Of a stretch of 64,000 nt of DNA, positions 1-12,849 are shown piece after piece. The notes below the pieces were generated by a model. The model made no database searches. It saw only the letters and a list, made by a program, of their open reading frames with translations, and was not told the origin of the DNA. The stretch is from Camelus ferus. Lineage: Eukaryota. The stretch lies in NCBI RefSeq assembly GCF_009834535.1, contig NC_045696.1, positions 67,458,001 through 67,522,000 on the forward strand. Reading direction: 5' to 3'. The position numbers and the translations under genes are program-made. Each line of letters begins with the position of its first letter. Position 1 is the first letter of the stretch.

Positions 1-56
1 GCTCGCGAGGGGCTTCTCTAGGGGTGGTGATGCTGTGTTCCATCCTCGGTAAGCTA

Positions 57-260
57 TAGTTTTCAAAGGGCTTTCACATTCACTCTTTAGTGAGATCTTC
101 CCACCAGTCCGGTAAAGCAGCAGGGGCTGGTGTCATCATCGTCATTTTACAGGAGAGGAAACTGAAACTTGGAGAAGCTAAGTGATGTGGTTCTGGCCAT
201 AGTTAGTAAAAGGTGGCTCTTGAGTGATAACTGGGCTCTGAGTCCTTGTGTGGTTCTCTT
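57..260 (-). mobile_element. MIR
   Basis: cattttacaggagaggaaactgaaacttggagaagctaagtgatgtg matches the MIR core in antisense. Confidence 0.7.
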
Positions 261-684
261 CCTACATCGTAGCCCCCCGGTTGCTTTGGGTGATCTGTGG
301 CAGCCAGAAAGGAAGATGTTAGAGATCTTCCTAAACATGTTCAGGGGACATCTCTGATGTACTGGGAAGGTTCACACCTCCCTTGGTTAAGTGTCACCAT
401 ATCCCCAAACGGTGATGACCACATGGCTGCCATAAAAACCATAATTTCCTGCTCTTTTTCCTAAATATTACTATAGGGAGAAAGGTAGAAGGAAGTCAGG
501 CAGAGGCACATGGGAGCTGGGATTCTGTGAAGCTCATCAATTTTTAAAGTTCATGAACTTTAATCATGTTCTTCCAAAAGGAAATACAAGACCGCATGTC
601 AAATCATTCCTAGTAGATCATCTGAGGGAGCTATGATTCTTGCTCCAGTTGGAGGAAACACAACATGCAATTAATGATTAAAGA

Positions 685-920
685 ATATGTATATGAATAC
701 ACATATGAAAAATATATATGCATATGTATGTGAAAATATATATGAAAGTTATATATTTAAATAATTCACAAATAATTATGTATAAACAATATATAATATA
801 TTTATATATTTATTATATATAATTATATAACATGCATTAAGTATAATTATAATATATTATATTTTGAATATAATATGTATTATATATTTATATATTTTAT
901 AATATATGTTTTATATACAG
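685..920. repeat. AT-rich low-complexity tract
   Basis: Degenerate (TA)n / TATAAT sequence. Confidence 0.85.
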
Positions 921-1810
921 ACAAGGTAAATAGTTCCCAAATGCAAATAGTGTCTTGTAGTTTTGGAAAAAGTAATAAATTCACATTGATTATGTGTCAG
1001 TATTAGAAATTTTTATGATGTTATATAACATTGGCTAATTTTATGCTAGGCACTATATTAAAGGTTTTGCATATATTTATAACAATAATACTACTAACAA
1101 ATCCCTCATTTTCCATCTGACACTAGCCTTGCAGTAAGTGTGAGGACTTGATCTGAGTCCCCAGGCAGTCCTCTCCTGGTCGCACCTGCACCTCAACGTC
1201 TAGAATCCCCTATCCAGTGCTCTCAGACTACTTCCGAGCAGCCTGAGGGGGTGACTCACACGTGTTCTCATACACAGCATCATGTGGAATGTTTCATTTT
1301 GCTCCTTCCAGTTCCTTCTGTTGACTCTGACAGTGAACTGGAGGCACAATCTCCACACTGCCACTGCAAATGCAAGTGCAGGTGGCTGTCAAAGGTGCAG
1401 ACCCCACGCGTAGCTCTACCCTCAAAGCACGAGAGCGAGCTTGGGCTGCCTCCTTTTGTTTCGTAGGACGACGTTCTATGGGCCCCATATTAGAGCTGCC
1501 TGGTGCTCCTAATTCTTACAGATTTTAGTGAAACCTTGTTTTCGATTTATTATGAGCATTTTCTCTCCCGAGTTCCAGCATGAGTTGAGGCAGCAGGCAG
1601 ACCAGAGACTAATGGATACAATGTTCTGAGAATAGCCCCTCTCCTTTCCCAAAGTTCATTTTCTACAGACCTTTGTTAGAGGACCCTACTCTCTTGTCCC
1701 TTAGAAACCTCCCTTCCCAGCAGGTTTCTTGGTCACTGCTGCCAATAGGCACCTGCTGATCTGCCCCACAGACCCTCCAGTCCTCCACAGACATCCGCAT
1801 CCTAGGACGA

Positions 1811-1860
<50 letters not shown>

Positions 1861-1895
1861 TTTTTTTTTTATATATATGTGTGTATGTACATACA
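1811..1895. repeat. Compound microsatellite (AC)n(AT)n(T)n
   Basis: Seen directly. Confidence 0.95.
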
Positions 1896-3125
1896 TCCAC
1901 AGATGATAAATTGTTCAATTGTGCCATACTAGCAACTGGAGGATACAATTTAGTTGAATGCAAATAACCGTGAGGTAGATTCTTAGGCTGTCTGGCCAAA
2001 GTTGCTTGATCTGGAAAAATACAAGAAGCAGAGGTGTTCCAGGGACGTGGAACAGACAGTGGGCTGTACTGTACGTTTTCAAGCATGAATGCCACCGATG
2101 TGAAAGCCATTTCCATAATTCAAATGCTCAAACCAAAGGCTGACGGGGCAGCCTGAGCCCGGCTGCGCTGGGATCTCTCGGAGGTGGGTCTTCTCATCTC
2201 CTCTTGCTCTCGTTTGCAGAAGCACTAGGACCTGGTCCCTCACCAGACCAACCGCCATCAGCCCGCTTGGAGGTTTTGCTTTTAGAAGGTGAGGCAGAAA
2301 CTCCTTAAATGAAGAGAACGAAAGACCACAGATCACTTCCTATGTCTATTTCACAGAGGAAGACACTGTTTCAAGGAAGCGGATGTTTTATATCTACACA
2401 GTTTTCCACTTAGCCTCTGACCTCTTCTATGCTGCTGTAAATCTGGTGGCTGCCCAGCTGTCAGCTTCCAGGCGGCATTTCTCTCCGATGTCCCATTAGG
2501 AGGAGAAAAAGTGCGCCAGAGATGAGGGAGACGGTCTCCGGCAAGGTCCTTTTCCTCCTCTGTCTCGGTGAACAAGGCAAAAGGTGGTAGCATGACATTA
2601 ACAAGCAGTCGAAGGGAGCGAGGAAGGAAGAGGGTGTGCGTGAGTCTTGAAGAGCTGTCTGTCCAACGATCCTCTCCTCTTGGTGCCTCCAGGGGAGTTG
2701 GAACTGTTGCTTAGGAATCGGGTGTGAGGTTGCAGCTGTGAAAACAATTCTGTTCTAAAGCACTCTATGATTTCAAAGTTCGACGTCAATTTTATCTCCA
2801 GCCACCAACAGACTAAGTGACCTTGAACAATTGATTTCGCCCCTTGGGTCTTGTTTGCATAGCTAAGAAGAATGTATCTCTCCCCCAAGCATACGTGGAG
2901 TACCCACTCTGTACTGCGCTCGTAGTTGTGTGGGGAGAAGAGGGGGAGTGAGGAAAAACCAGCACAGAGTCCTTCCCATCAAGTTCTGACTGGACTCCTC
3001 ACGTCGGACTCTCCCCTCTTGGCTGCAGTGACGCCATTTTTTTCTCTCTGATCTGACCCTGTCTCCCTCTTGCCACCATCTATGTTCTCGCTCTCCTGAA
3101 CCATGAATACATGTGCCTGACGTTA

Positions 3126-3127
<2 letters not shown>

Positions 3128-3182
<55 letters not shown>
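3128..3182. repeat. Compound microsatellite (CT)n(AT)n
   Basis: Seen directly. Confidence 0.95.
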
Positions 3183-3189
3183 CACTCCC

Positions 3190-3465
3190 TAAAAGCCATC
3201 GTTCTCACCTTCATAGCATCATCACAGTTATGATTTTTTCCTTATTTTCATTCTTCAATCAATGGCTATCTCACCCACTTGACTGAACTTTTCACGGAGA
3301 CAAGGCTCACATCTTCTCTTCACCATTCTTTCTCTAGCGCCTAGCACATTCCCTGATACTGAGCAGGCGCTTAATATTTGTTTGTTTGTTTGTTTGTTTT
3401 AAAAATTTTTTATTGTTGTGTAGTTGATTTACAATGTTAGTTTCTGGTTAAATGAATGAATGAAC
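3190..3465 (+). mobile_element. L2 3' end interrupted by (TTTG)n and a tiny antisense L1 tail
   Basis: tctagcgcctagcaca...gagcaggcgcttaatatttg[tttg...tagttgatttacaatgttagtttctgg]ttaaatgaatgaatgaa. Confidence 0.65.
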
Positions 3466-6299
3466 ATTTGGTTTCTAGTCTGCTTTTCAGTAGATTCTCC
3501 TTTGGGCTTATGTGGCTCAATTGCCTCATTTTACAGATGAGAAAACCAAATTCCTGGGGGAAAGAAGCTTGCTCAGCATCACCCTGGGCCTTAGAGGCTG
3601 AGCCAGCACTGAACACCAGATTTCTGACTCCAGGAGAAGAACACAGGGCTCTCTCCCTGCTGCTTTTCTTTACTCCTGGAGTGTAACTGAGAGCGTAAGT
3701 CTCAGGGCTCACCAGTCTGTGATTACCAAAAGCAAAGGCGGGGGGGGGGGGCTGCTTATTTTTACTGAAAGTATGATAATAGAAACTCTTACTGGCCTGG
3801 TTGCCAGAAATCAGCTTCTGTTAAGGTATCCCCCATCTATCGCTGGGAGTCCCCAAAGAGGAGAGTCACCAGGACCCACAAAGCAGACTGTCTGCAACAA
3901 CCGCCATGCACGGGTCTTAATCCTTGCCCCTCCTCCCACCTGTCTATGACTGATTCCTGTAGAAAGAACTGCAGAAACCTCCCGGCAACTCCACCCACCA
4001 TTGCAAGAACATCGAGTTTGGCGTCAAGACTGCTGTCTCCAATATTTCCAGTCTGCAGGCTTCAAGATCATTCCCAGAAGGAAAGAAAGCATCTTCTCCC
4101 TCCCCCATGCCTTCTGCACTGTCCTCTGTGCTGTCTCACAAAGGCTTGTGTAAATCCTCCCGATCCTGCCGTCTCAAGCCCTTCTCTCCAGCGGAGCCAC
4201 AAACCAGCCTGAGGGCTGGTGAGGACAGCAGGGACCGCTGATTCCATGCATCCCCTTCCCCAGACGGGCCCCAGGCCAAGTCTGTGAAGGGTCATTGGCG
4301 AGGACTGGGACTAGGGGAGTGTGACGTGGTGTTTCCACCACCTTGGTCCAGGCTTGGCAGTCAGAAGTGTGACTTTTCACCAGGACCTGGGCTGAGGCAG
4401 CAGAGAAACTCAGAGGTTTAGGCAGCAAAGTGGATGACCTTGCTGCTGCTCGTAACAAAGGCACTTTTTGCTGAATTCAAAGCATCTCAGGTAAAACTGC
4501 CCATGATCTGTCGGGGGCTTCCTTCCTATCACTTTGCGTGTCTCACTAAATGCAGCTCTCTGGGCTTCCCACGGGAGGCCCCATCATACATGTGTTTTAT
4601 GTTTCTAGCATCTCCTCCAGGCTAACTCAATTGTTTTGATGCTGTGGATTTTGTCCAAATGAACATTTGGCTAAAAATCATATGCCAGTTTGAAGGAAGG
4701 TGAAATGGGACAGAGCTCTAGTTGGTTTCCCGTAGCAAGATCCCAGGGAAGATGGAGTTTCTCTGATCCCCCCTTCACACCTTCATCTATTTGTTCATTA
4801 GGACTGGGGCTGGGATCCGGGGCTACCAGCATGGATGAGACCCAGGCCTTGGCCTCTAGGTGCACTTGTGTCCAACTGTGCAGGACACATGAAAACAGAA
4901 ACAACCTAGCATCTAGCATGCTACATGCTGAAAAAATGCTGGCCGTAGTGGCGTCTGGGGGAGAAATGCCTAGAATCCAGATATCGGCAGGGCACAAGTC
5001 AATTCCAGAAAGATCGGAAATAAAGAAAAAAAAAATGCCCAAACAGGAAATTGGGTATCATATGGACAAATAAAGGCGAGGAAACTGAGTGGGGCAGCAG
5101 ATGGCTAAGTAGGACCAGATATGGGGTAAGATCACTGAACAGTGTGTATTTGGGCGGCAACTGAACTAAGGCAGGAGGAACAAGAGAGCCCACGGAGGAT
5201 CAGGGCGTCTCCAGCCCGGGCAGGCCCCGGCGGACTGGGGCTGACACGGCCAGTGAAGCAGAAGGGGCAGCTCACACCCTCTGCTGGACCTGAAGGACCT
5301 CGTGGGGCTCTCTGCGGACTCGGCTTTGTTGTGTGACCCCAATTTTACAGTGTTCCGATTTTGAGGGGCAGCTCTCAGTCACTTGATCAAGGTCATATCG
5401 AAGGAGATTTAGGGCTATAAGTAGGGCCCCCGGACTGCACAATTCTCCTGGTTGTCTGAGGATGCACAACTCTGCAGAAGACCAGGCACAGAGAGCTCCC
5501 CTCAGAGCCCCGGGTGCGGTGGGGAAGTGGAAACCAAGCCGACATTTGGTGTGTTGTAGCATTCCCAGCTCTGGTTTAACACAAGTGATGTGTTTCGCTC
5601 ACAAACTGGCACTGAGAGCTCATTTACATTTAAATAAGAGGCTTGTTAATGCCAGCAGGAGGACGCTGTCAATGCCAAGGCTGGCTCAGGATTGCTGCCA
5701 AGGAGTTTCTAAGAGCATTGCTCTAGGAAACTCCCCCAGAAGAGAAGCAAGCATGCCTTCTCATTAAGACAACTCCACCACAGTGACATTTGCCTCGGAG
5801 CGGCAAGCCTTTGGCTGGGCTGGAAGCAAGTTGTTGAATCTGAGAAAGTGATCTGTTGCCAAGACAGTCTTTTAGTTCAGTTTGGCTCCACACACACACA
5901 CTCCGAGTCCACCTGGCACGTGGAGGGTGGCCTGGTGGGGAGGGCGGCGGGCTCCTCCAGTCACGTTGGGAGTTACTAAGAAGCACGTGCAGGAGATCAT
6001 CTTGCGACATGAAGAGAGGACCTACTCCGTGGTTGGAAAGCTCTTCACGTGGGAAGTTTCTTCCTGGCATTGATGGGAACTATGTTTGTCTCTTGCAAGG
6101 ATGGTGCACTCGGATGGCTCCAGATGCCAAGCAGGGAACCCAGAGGAGTGAGACGGGCTGTGTATGAAACCCTCAGAAGTGGTTGTGAGTGTCGCTGTTG
6201 CGTCTAAAGGGGAATGCTCTACTCGGCGAGAACTGATTTTGGTTTGGCAAACATGGATCTTGTTCTCCTTAGCTGAAGCACTAAGAGGGAAGTCAGGCA

Positions 6300-6690
6300 A
6301 TTAGAATGACAACACAATCAGTAGGTACCATCGTGGGGAAGTACAGAGTCCCCTAGGGGCACATGTGAGTGATGGGGGTTCATAATTCAGAATGTAAAGG
6401 TCATGAAGGTTCTGATGTTTAAGTTCACTCTGAAGGATGAGCGGAAGTTACCCAGGCAATGATGCCACAGGAGAGAGGGAAGAGCAGGTGCAAAGGCCCT
6501 GAGGCAATAGAGAGAACAATGTACATTCGAGAGCTTAGAGAGACGTTGTATGGCAAGAGCTTAAAATTCTAGGTAGGGGAACGATGGAGAGGTGAGTAGG
6601 GACTAGATTGTGAAGGGCTTTCCAAGCCAGTAAAAGAGTTTAGGCTTTAATCTAAGAGTGATGAGGTTAAGGAGAGGAGGAACAGGGTCA
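6300..6690 (-). mobile_element. L2 fragment
   Basis: tgcaaaggccctgaggca, tagattgtgaagggctttccaagccagtaaaagagtttaggctttaatctaagagtgatg. Confidence 0.65.
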
Positions 6691-6744
6691 GGGTTGATGC
6701 TGGCTGAGTCTTCTAAAGGTTAAATACCCTCAGTTCTGTTAAAA

Positions 6745-6925
6745 GAGGCAGCATGGTGGACAGAGAAGAGCTCGGGACTGGAATCAGAAAGCTATGGGCT
6801 CTGTGAACATGGACAAGCCCCATTTATCCCTCCTGTAAAATGGGAAGAACAATACTAATGCTGAGGAAATAATGGGGAAAGGCACCTGTCACACTGTTGG
6901 TGGTATGGCAAAATCATAAATTAGG
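6745..6925 (+). mobile_element. MIR
   Basis: gaggcagcatggtggacagagaagagc...ggaatcagaaag...ctgtaaaatggga. Confidence 0.65.
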
Positions 6926-7826
6926 ATTAAAATCTTGCCAGGGCTGTTTGACAACTCATACTGGAAGCCTTGAGGATGTACATTCTCTTGGACCTAGTAA
7001 TTCATTTCTAACATTTAGCCTAAAGAAAAAAATAAGTATTGTTTGCAAGTATTTAATAATTTGATATTCTATGTCATGTTGGTCAAAGGCAAAAAAAAAA
7101 AAAAAAAAAAGAGTGTAATTTAAGTGTCTGCTGACTGGATGTACCCTAAGTCCTTCATCCTGCTGAGGTCGTTCAGCGGACAACCACCTTCCTCAGCACC
7201 TATCCCTCCATTCTAAGCCTCTTTCCATCTTTGTTTTCCAGGATCCCTCATTCTTGGTCTCCTCTTCACCCCTAGGCTACTCTTCTTCCCTAATACTTCT
7301 CACATTCATCCAGCTCTCTCCTCCCCAGTTCCTACCCCATACTAACCAGAGACTCATGAGTGGACTCGACTTGGTGTCTTACCTATTAACAGCACCGAAG
7401 AGTCTTAAGATTTATCTCCCTTTCTTGCTTCCCCAGTGGTGTCTGTGAGTGGAAAGATACAATAGAAGGATTTATTTCTCCGTTCATACGCATTATTTCA
7501 ACCTCTTCCCATTTTAGAAGGCCGAAGAGGCACAATCATTGGGTTTTTGTCTTAATACTCTTACTACCCTTGGAAATAATCTAAGTGTCCCCAAATCGAA
7601 GGCAAAATAAGTCATGTCACCACCAGACAATGGAGCACAATGGAGAGGTTACGGTAATGGTGAAGAGCAGGTGTCAACGTGGGAAAACGTTCAGGATCTT
7701 TGGTTAAGAAGAAAATGAAAATACAAAACAGCGTATATATTACAGTTTTATTTAAAACTATGGATCACTTGTTGGTATGCAGGAAAGACTGGAAATTGGC
7801 ATTACTGGTTATCTCCAGAGTTTTGG

Positions 7827-7934
7827 CTTTTTTTATTTATTCATTTTTTGGTAATGGAGGTACAGGGGATTGGACCCAGGACCTCATGTATGCTGAGCAC
7901 ATGCTTTTACCATTTGAGCTATATTCCCACCCTT
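7827..7934 (-). mobile_element. tRNA-derived SINE (Vic-1-like, camelid) with target-site duplication
   Basis: Minus strand shows a tRNA-like head with A/B-box remnants (atagctcaaatggtaaaagcatgtgctcagcatacatgaggtcctgggtccaatcccc) and an A-rich tail. It is flanked by AGAGTTTTGG(C/T)TTTT starting at 7817 and 7935. Confidence 0.85.
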
Positions 7935-7949
7935 AGAGTTTTGGTTTTT

Positions 7950-8135
7950 AATGGGAGTAATTTTGCTGCTGGCGGCACATGGCAATGACTGGGGACCTAT
8001 CTGATGTCCTAGTGGGGTGGGAACAGGGTGTTACTGGCGGCCAGTGGGTGGATGCCATGGATGTTACTAAACACCCTGCAGTCAAGGGTCATCCAGCTCT
8101 GAATGGCAGTGGTGCTGGGGTCGAGAAGCCCTCCC
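7950..8135 (+). mobile_element. MER20-like hAT-Charlie DNA transposon remnant
   Basis: attttgc...catggcaatgactgggga...tgttactggcggccagtgggtggatgccatggatgttactaaacaccct...ggtcgagaagccct. Confidence 0.7.
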
Positions 8136-11100
8136 TTAGATGACGGGCTTAGGGAATACTAACGCTCTCTTTTTCACTTGCCTTTATTTTCTACTTTTTC
8201 TACAATGAGCATGTAGTTCATGTGTAGCTTTTTGTTCATTTTTGTAAACACATTAAGAGAATACTTTCGGAAAAGATCTGGTGCAAATACCTATATTTTT
8301 GCTCCGAGCTAACTCACGTGAAAGTACTTAGCACAGTGCCTCCGGTTCCTTCACCACCACAGTGCCTTTCTCTCAACTCAGTCCTTTAACTTGGGGCCAA
8401 GGGGCAGGTGGCCCTGTCCTCAGAAGTAGCAGATGTCTCTCTCCCCAGGGGTGTTTCTACTCATTCTCCCTACATGCTCTGAGCCTCTAGGCAGTGTCAT
8501 CCCACAGCTGACCTAGTGAACCTGCTATTCGCATTGTCACGGATGTGGTCCCCTAAGGCATCGCGACAGAACCAGAGGTGCAGCAGGGGTCTGGCCAGAG
8601 GAGATGGGGTGCCTTGCACACCCAGAATTCCAGGCTACCCATCCCCCATTCGTGTAGCCATGTCTTGAGGATGCAGTTACCTGGGAGGACCTTTGTCAGG
8701 GAATGGTCCTTGTGGTAATCAAAGTATGTTTGCTTGGAAGTTTAATCACTTGAAGAAGTGGTGTATTGCCCCCACAGACTCCTTGGCTGTGAACATTAGT
8801 CCTAATTAGTAGCTGCAATAGTGATAATGTAGCAGAGCCTCTGTATTTGATGGCTGTGGTTTCTGGGCCACCAATCATAGTTGAAAAGAAAAAGGCGCTC
8901 ATTTCTGCCATGTAATGAGTCGTTCATCCCAGTTCCCAGGGAGCTGAAAGGCCCTGTGGGGACCAGGTTTTCCTTTGACCCTAAACCTGGTGGAAACTCA
9001 GAGGTTATAGAAATGACTCACACCGCGAGAAAGGTGCATCCCACAGCTGGAAGGGGCTTTGGTTGATTTTCGGGGGGTGGGGAGCGCTGTGGCTCCTTGT
9101 GAATGCGTCCAGCTTCTTGCAATGAAAGGAGCAAAATCTCAGAGGGGGCGGTTTTCCTCTTTGCCCGGGGATGGCAGGTAGCATGGACAGTCTTCTGCCA
9201 CCGGCCTGGCTGGGGGAGAGGAGAAGCTGAGGCTGCTGACTGTTCAGAACCAAGCCCCAGAGTGGAAGCTAACAGCAACAGCAGCCAGAGAAACTTGGGT
9301 GCGGCAGGGCTGACAGCTTCCCGTGTCTGGGAAGGAGAGCAAGAGCGGAGGGAATACCGGAACTGAGAGGCTCGGGTTAGACCAGTTCAGCTCCCCATAA
9401 TCTGCCACGGTGAGGGGGAAGGGACGCCTCCGACCTTCCAGAGGCACACTTGATGGGTGCCCATCCTCTCTGTCTCCACTCTTTGAAGACATTGCCAGAG
9501 CCTGCGTTCTGCTCACGTCTCCATTCTCTCTCTGACAGAAGTCGTTCCCGTGCCGCCCCTAGTGATCTAGTCCATGTGGAACAGGCTCGGAGTCTCCTGC
9601 ACTCTCTGCAAACATGGCTTGTTTCCCAGAAGGCAGAGCTAAAAGGAATAGGTCTGCAGGGAGGCGGAGGAACTGCTGGCAGCCCAAAGGTGTGAGGACT
9701 TGTTTTGGAAGGAAGGGAGCTCCTGAAGAAAAAGAGTGTTTACATGGCACAGACTGGTGGGGGGAGGTGGGGATGTCTTGGCGGGCATGTCCCGGTGACT
9801 CTAGCTCTCAGGACGGGCAGGGAAAGTGTCCGTTCCTCGCTAGATATCCTGGGCAAGGTCCTTTCCATTTCGGATTCTTGAATTCTTTGTTGCTTTTGGG
9901 AATAACATAGGACAACAAAAACAACAAAATCCAAGATCAAAAAACCATTGCTAAACTTAAGGGACCCCTTGGGAAGATTTTTTCTTTCTTCTTCCATTTT
10001 GTTTTTCTTTCTCAAGCGGTTATGAGGTGCAGGAAGTCATTCTGTCCAGATAGCGACATGTAACAACAGCCTGGAACTTTTCCATTCTACTGAGTCAAAA
10101 AAAAAAAAAAAAAAGAAAAAAGTGCCAGAGGAAGTAATATTCATCAGTACTTAGCCACACTTGAAAACAATGGTATAGTTTAGGTTGGCTTCACATTACA
10201 CACTTGCATTTGGTTGTGGACCAGATGAAGTCCTTTCAATGGGCAGATTTTGTCCCGTATTTGAAGGGATTCCTCCCTGCCCCTGTGTTACAGTAAGAAT
10301 ACAAAATGGTTCTTCACAGCCGCTGAAAGAAAAAGGTTTGTGTACAAACTCAGAAAGACTCGGGAAAGGAAACACGGAGTGGAAGATGTCTCCGCGGCAG
10401 AAAGGGCAAGTCTCTACTGGTCCATCTGCCTCTCCTGCTGGGGAAGTGTGACTGCTTCCCTCCTACTCTGCAGCCACGTTGCTCGGTGCCCGTTTCCTTT
10501 AGGGACAACTCTAGAAAGAGAGCCTATCCTAACCCTCCCATCGCGCGGAGTCACTCTCTCCCTCACCCGTGCATTCACCCAGCCTCCTCCTAGTTCGCGT
10601 GTACTTCAGGCCTGTTACATATCTGGCTCAATGTGCCCAGTGGTGAGCAAAACACAACTTCCAACGTTCAGGGTTTTAGTCCAGATGGAAATCTGACTAG
10701 AAGAAAAGAAGGAAAATTTTAGTTTAATACAGTAAGCATCCTCCCATATGTCTGTCTGAAGTCATATGGGCTTACATACGTAAGCGTGACAAATACCGTA
10801 GTGGAAGTCAAAGAAAGAAAAATTCCTGGAGGAGGTAACGTGGGGTCTGGGTCTGGAAGGGGGAGCAGCATCAAAGGTAAACAAAGGCAGATGTTAGTTC
10901 AAGTGGAAAAAAGAGATTTTGTTCTGTAACTACCGACAGCGGGGCAAGAGCTTCCCGTTGGTGCAGAGGTGACTGGGCACGTTAGAGAGAGAGCCAGCTA
11001 GCAGGGAGGGGAGTGGACAGGGCTGCAGTTAACATCAGGGGCAGGACAAAATTACAAAAAGCAAGTAAGAGGACTGATGGATGTGCATGTGGTCGGGCCC

Positions 11101-11981
11101 ACTGTGTCTGCTGGAGGCAACCATCGGAGGGTGGTTTCTACCCTCCCGCGGTGGCCTCGTCCTTCCTGACGATTACAGAGGACTGGCTTCCACTTCGTTG
11201 GGAAAGGCACTCAGGTTGGAGAAATATATAAATATATAGAGATATCTATATATCTGTGTATAGATATCTCAAACGGACAGAGGAAGGATTTGCAATTGTA
11301 AGCTTTTTAAAGTAAATTCTCCAAGAAAGAGGAGGTCAGGGGCCTATCGGCAGGTGTCGGCCAGAACAAACAGTAAGTCATTTTCATAGCTTTGAGCTTG
11401 TGCAGACAGGAACTCAAAGTTTTCCCCGGGATGTACCCTCAGGCCGCCAGCAGCCGTGCTATGGTTGGTCAAGTCTCTTAGTGCTGCGATTTGGAAGGAG
11501 CTCCGAGCCTGAGTTCTTTTGTAGTCCTCAGCGTGCCAGACAGGAGGGCAGGTGGCAGCGTACACACAGAGAAGTGAGCACGGGGGCCGGAGAAGTGAGT
11601 AGGTATGTTCTGTTTGGGAATGGTGCATGGTGTAATGGCCAGTGTGTCGGAGGAGGGGGAGGAGATGAGTAGGGAAAGATAACCTAGAGTCTTCAAGGTC
11701 ATGCTGAGGAATTCGGGTTGAATCCTGGGGCAAGACAGTTAAGCAACGTGGTCCAGTTTTTGCCTTGGAAATAGGCTGGCCCTCGTGGAAGAGAGTTGGT
11801 GCGGTGTTAGGTTCAGAAAGACTGAAACAGAGAGATACATGCTGACTGGTGATTTCCTAAAAGGATGAAAGAAGGATGGACAAAGTGAAGGAGAGAGGAT
11901 TTGAGAAGGAGGGGACAGCATATGGGGAGTCATTAGATAAGGAAAGAAGAGGGAGGGATTTGGGACAAAATTGAGGTTTGA

Positions 11982-12454
11982 ACCCCGCATAACCCAAAGG
12001 ACATGGCAGACTGCTGACATGACCATGCTGTGTTTGTTTCTTCCTTTTTCTGATTTACCAGGCTCATTCCCTTCACAAGAGAGCTGGGAGGAAGGAAGCC
12101 GTCTGACCTATTTAGGAATCCTGTTTGTGATACTTCATGCAGAATTGTCTGCCGTTGTTAGTTTCGCGTCATCAGAGGGAAGTAATGAGTATTTTATTTA
12201 TCGCCCGAGTGTAATAGCCAAGGCAGAAAGAAGTGAAATGCTTTGCTTTGGACATGAATCTGGGGTGAAACTGAAAGAAGATCAATTTGATTCCATTGGG
12301 TAATAATTCACCCAGGGTCTGTAATGTGCCAGGCTGTGCTAGATACTTCGGGGGCACCAAAAGTAATAAGACCATGTCCTTCCCAGAAAAATCATGACGA
12401 GTGTCATGGATGGTCATGGCAGCAGTCTGCCACGTCCTCTGGGTCACACGGGGT
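11982..12454. repeat. 45-bp inverted repeat (arms 11982-12026 and 12410-12454, 39/45 identical)
   Basis: Direct comparison of the arms. It also shows up as near-identical peptides (PRITQRTWQTADMT / PRVTQRTWQTAAMT) in opposite-strand ORFs. Confidence 0.92.
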
Positions 12455-12630
12455 GTGCAGACATGCACATAACGAGGAATGGTGGTATGCTAGTTTGCAC
12501 TGTAATGGGAATACAGAGGACAGGAGTAGTCAGTTTTAATAAAGAAAGACTTTATGGAAGAAAAAGTTTTTGTAGAAGATGCCAAGGGCAGAGAAGTGTG
12601 GGAAGAGAGAGGGGAAGTGTCCTCTAAGTG
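12300..12630 (-). mobile_element. L2 fragment interrupted by an inverted copy of 11982-12026
   Basis: atgtgccaggctgtgctagatact..ggggcaccaaaagtaataagaccatgtccttccc...agacatgcacata. Confidence 0.55.
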
Positions 12631-12849
12631 CATGGCCCACACTGAGAGCTCTGCTCCCCATTTTCCATTTGTCCTTGAACCTACTTCTAGGATTTCATAT
12701 AAAAAGGGTGGAGAAGTACAGGGGCTTCTCTTAGCGTTCCTTTAAGGCAGCTTTAAGGTCGTTAAGGCTGTACTGAGCACTTGACTCTGCACTGGAAGCG
12801 GAAAAAGGAGTTATCAGAAAGCATTTCTTCCCTTTCCTTCTCTTTTAAC

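Noticed and set aside
11971..12468. Two opposite-strand ORFs sharing a peptide motif, suggesting paralogous small genes
   Set aside because: The similarity is confined to the 45-bp DNA inverted repeat, and the rest of each ORF is unrelated or L2-derived.
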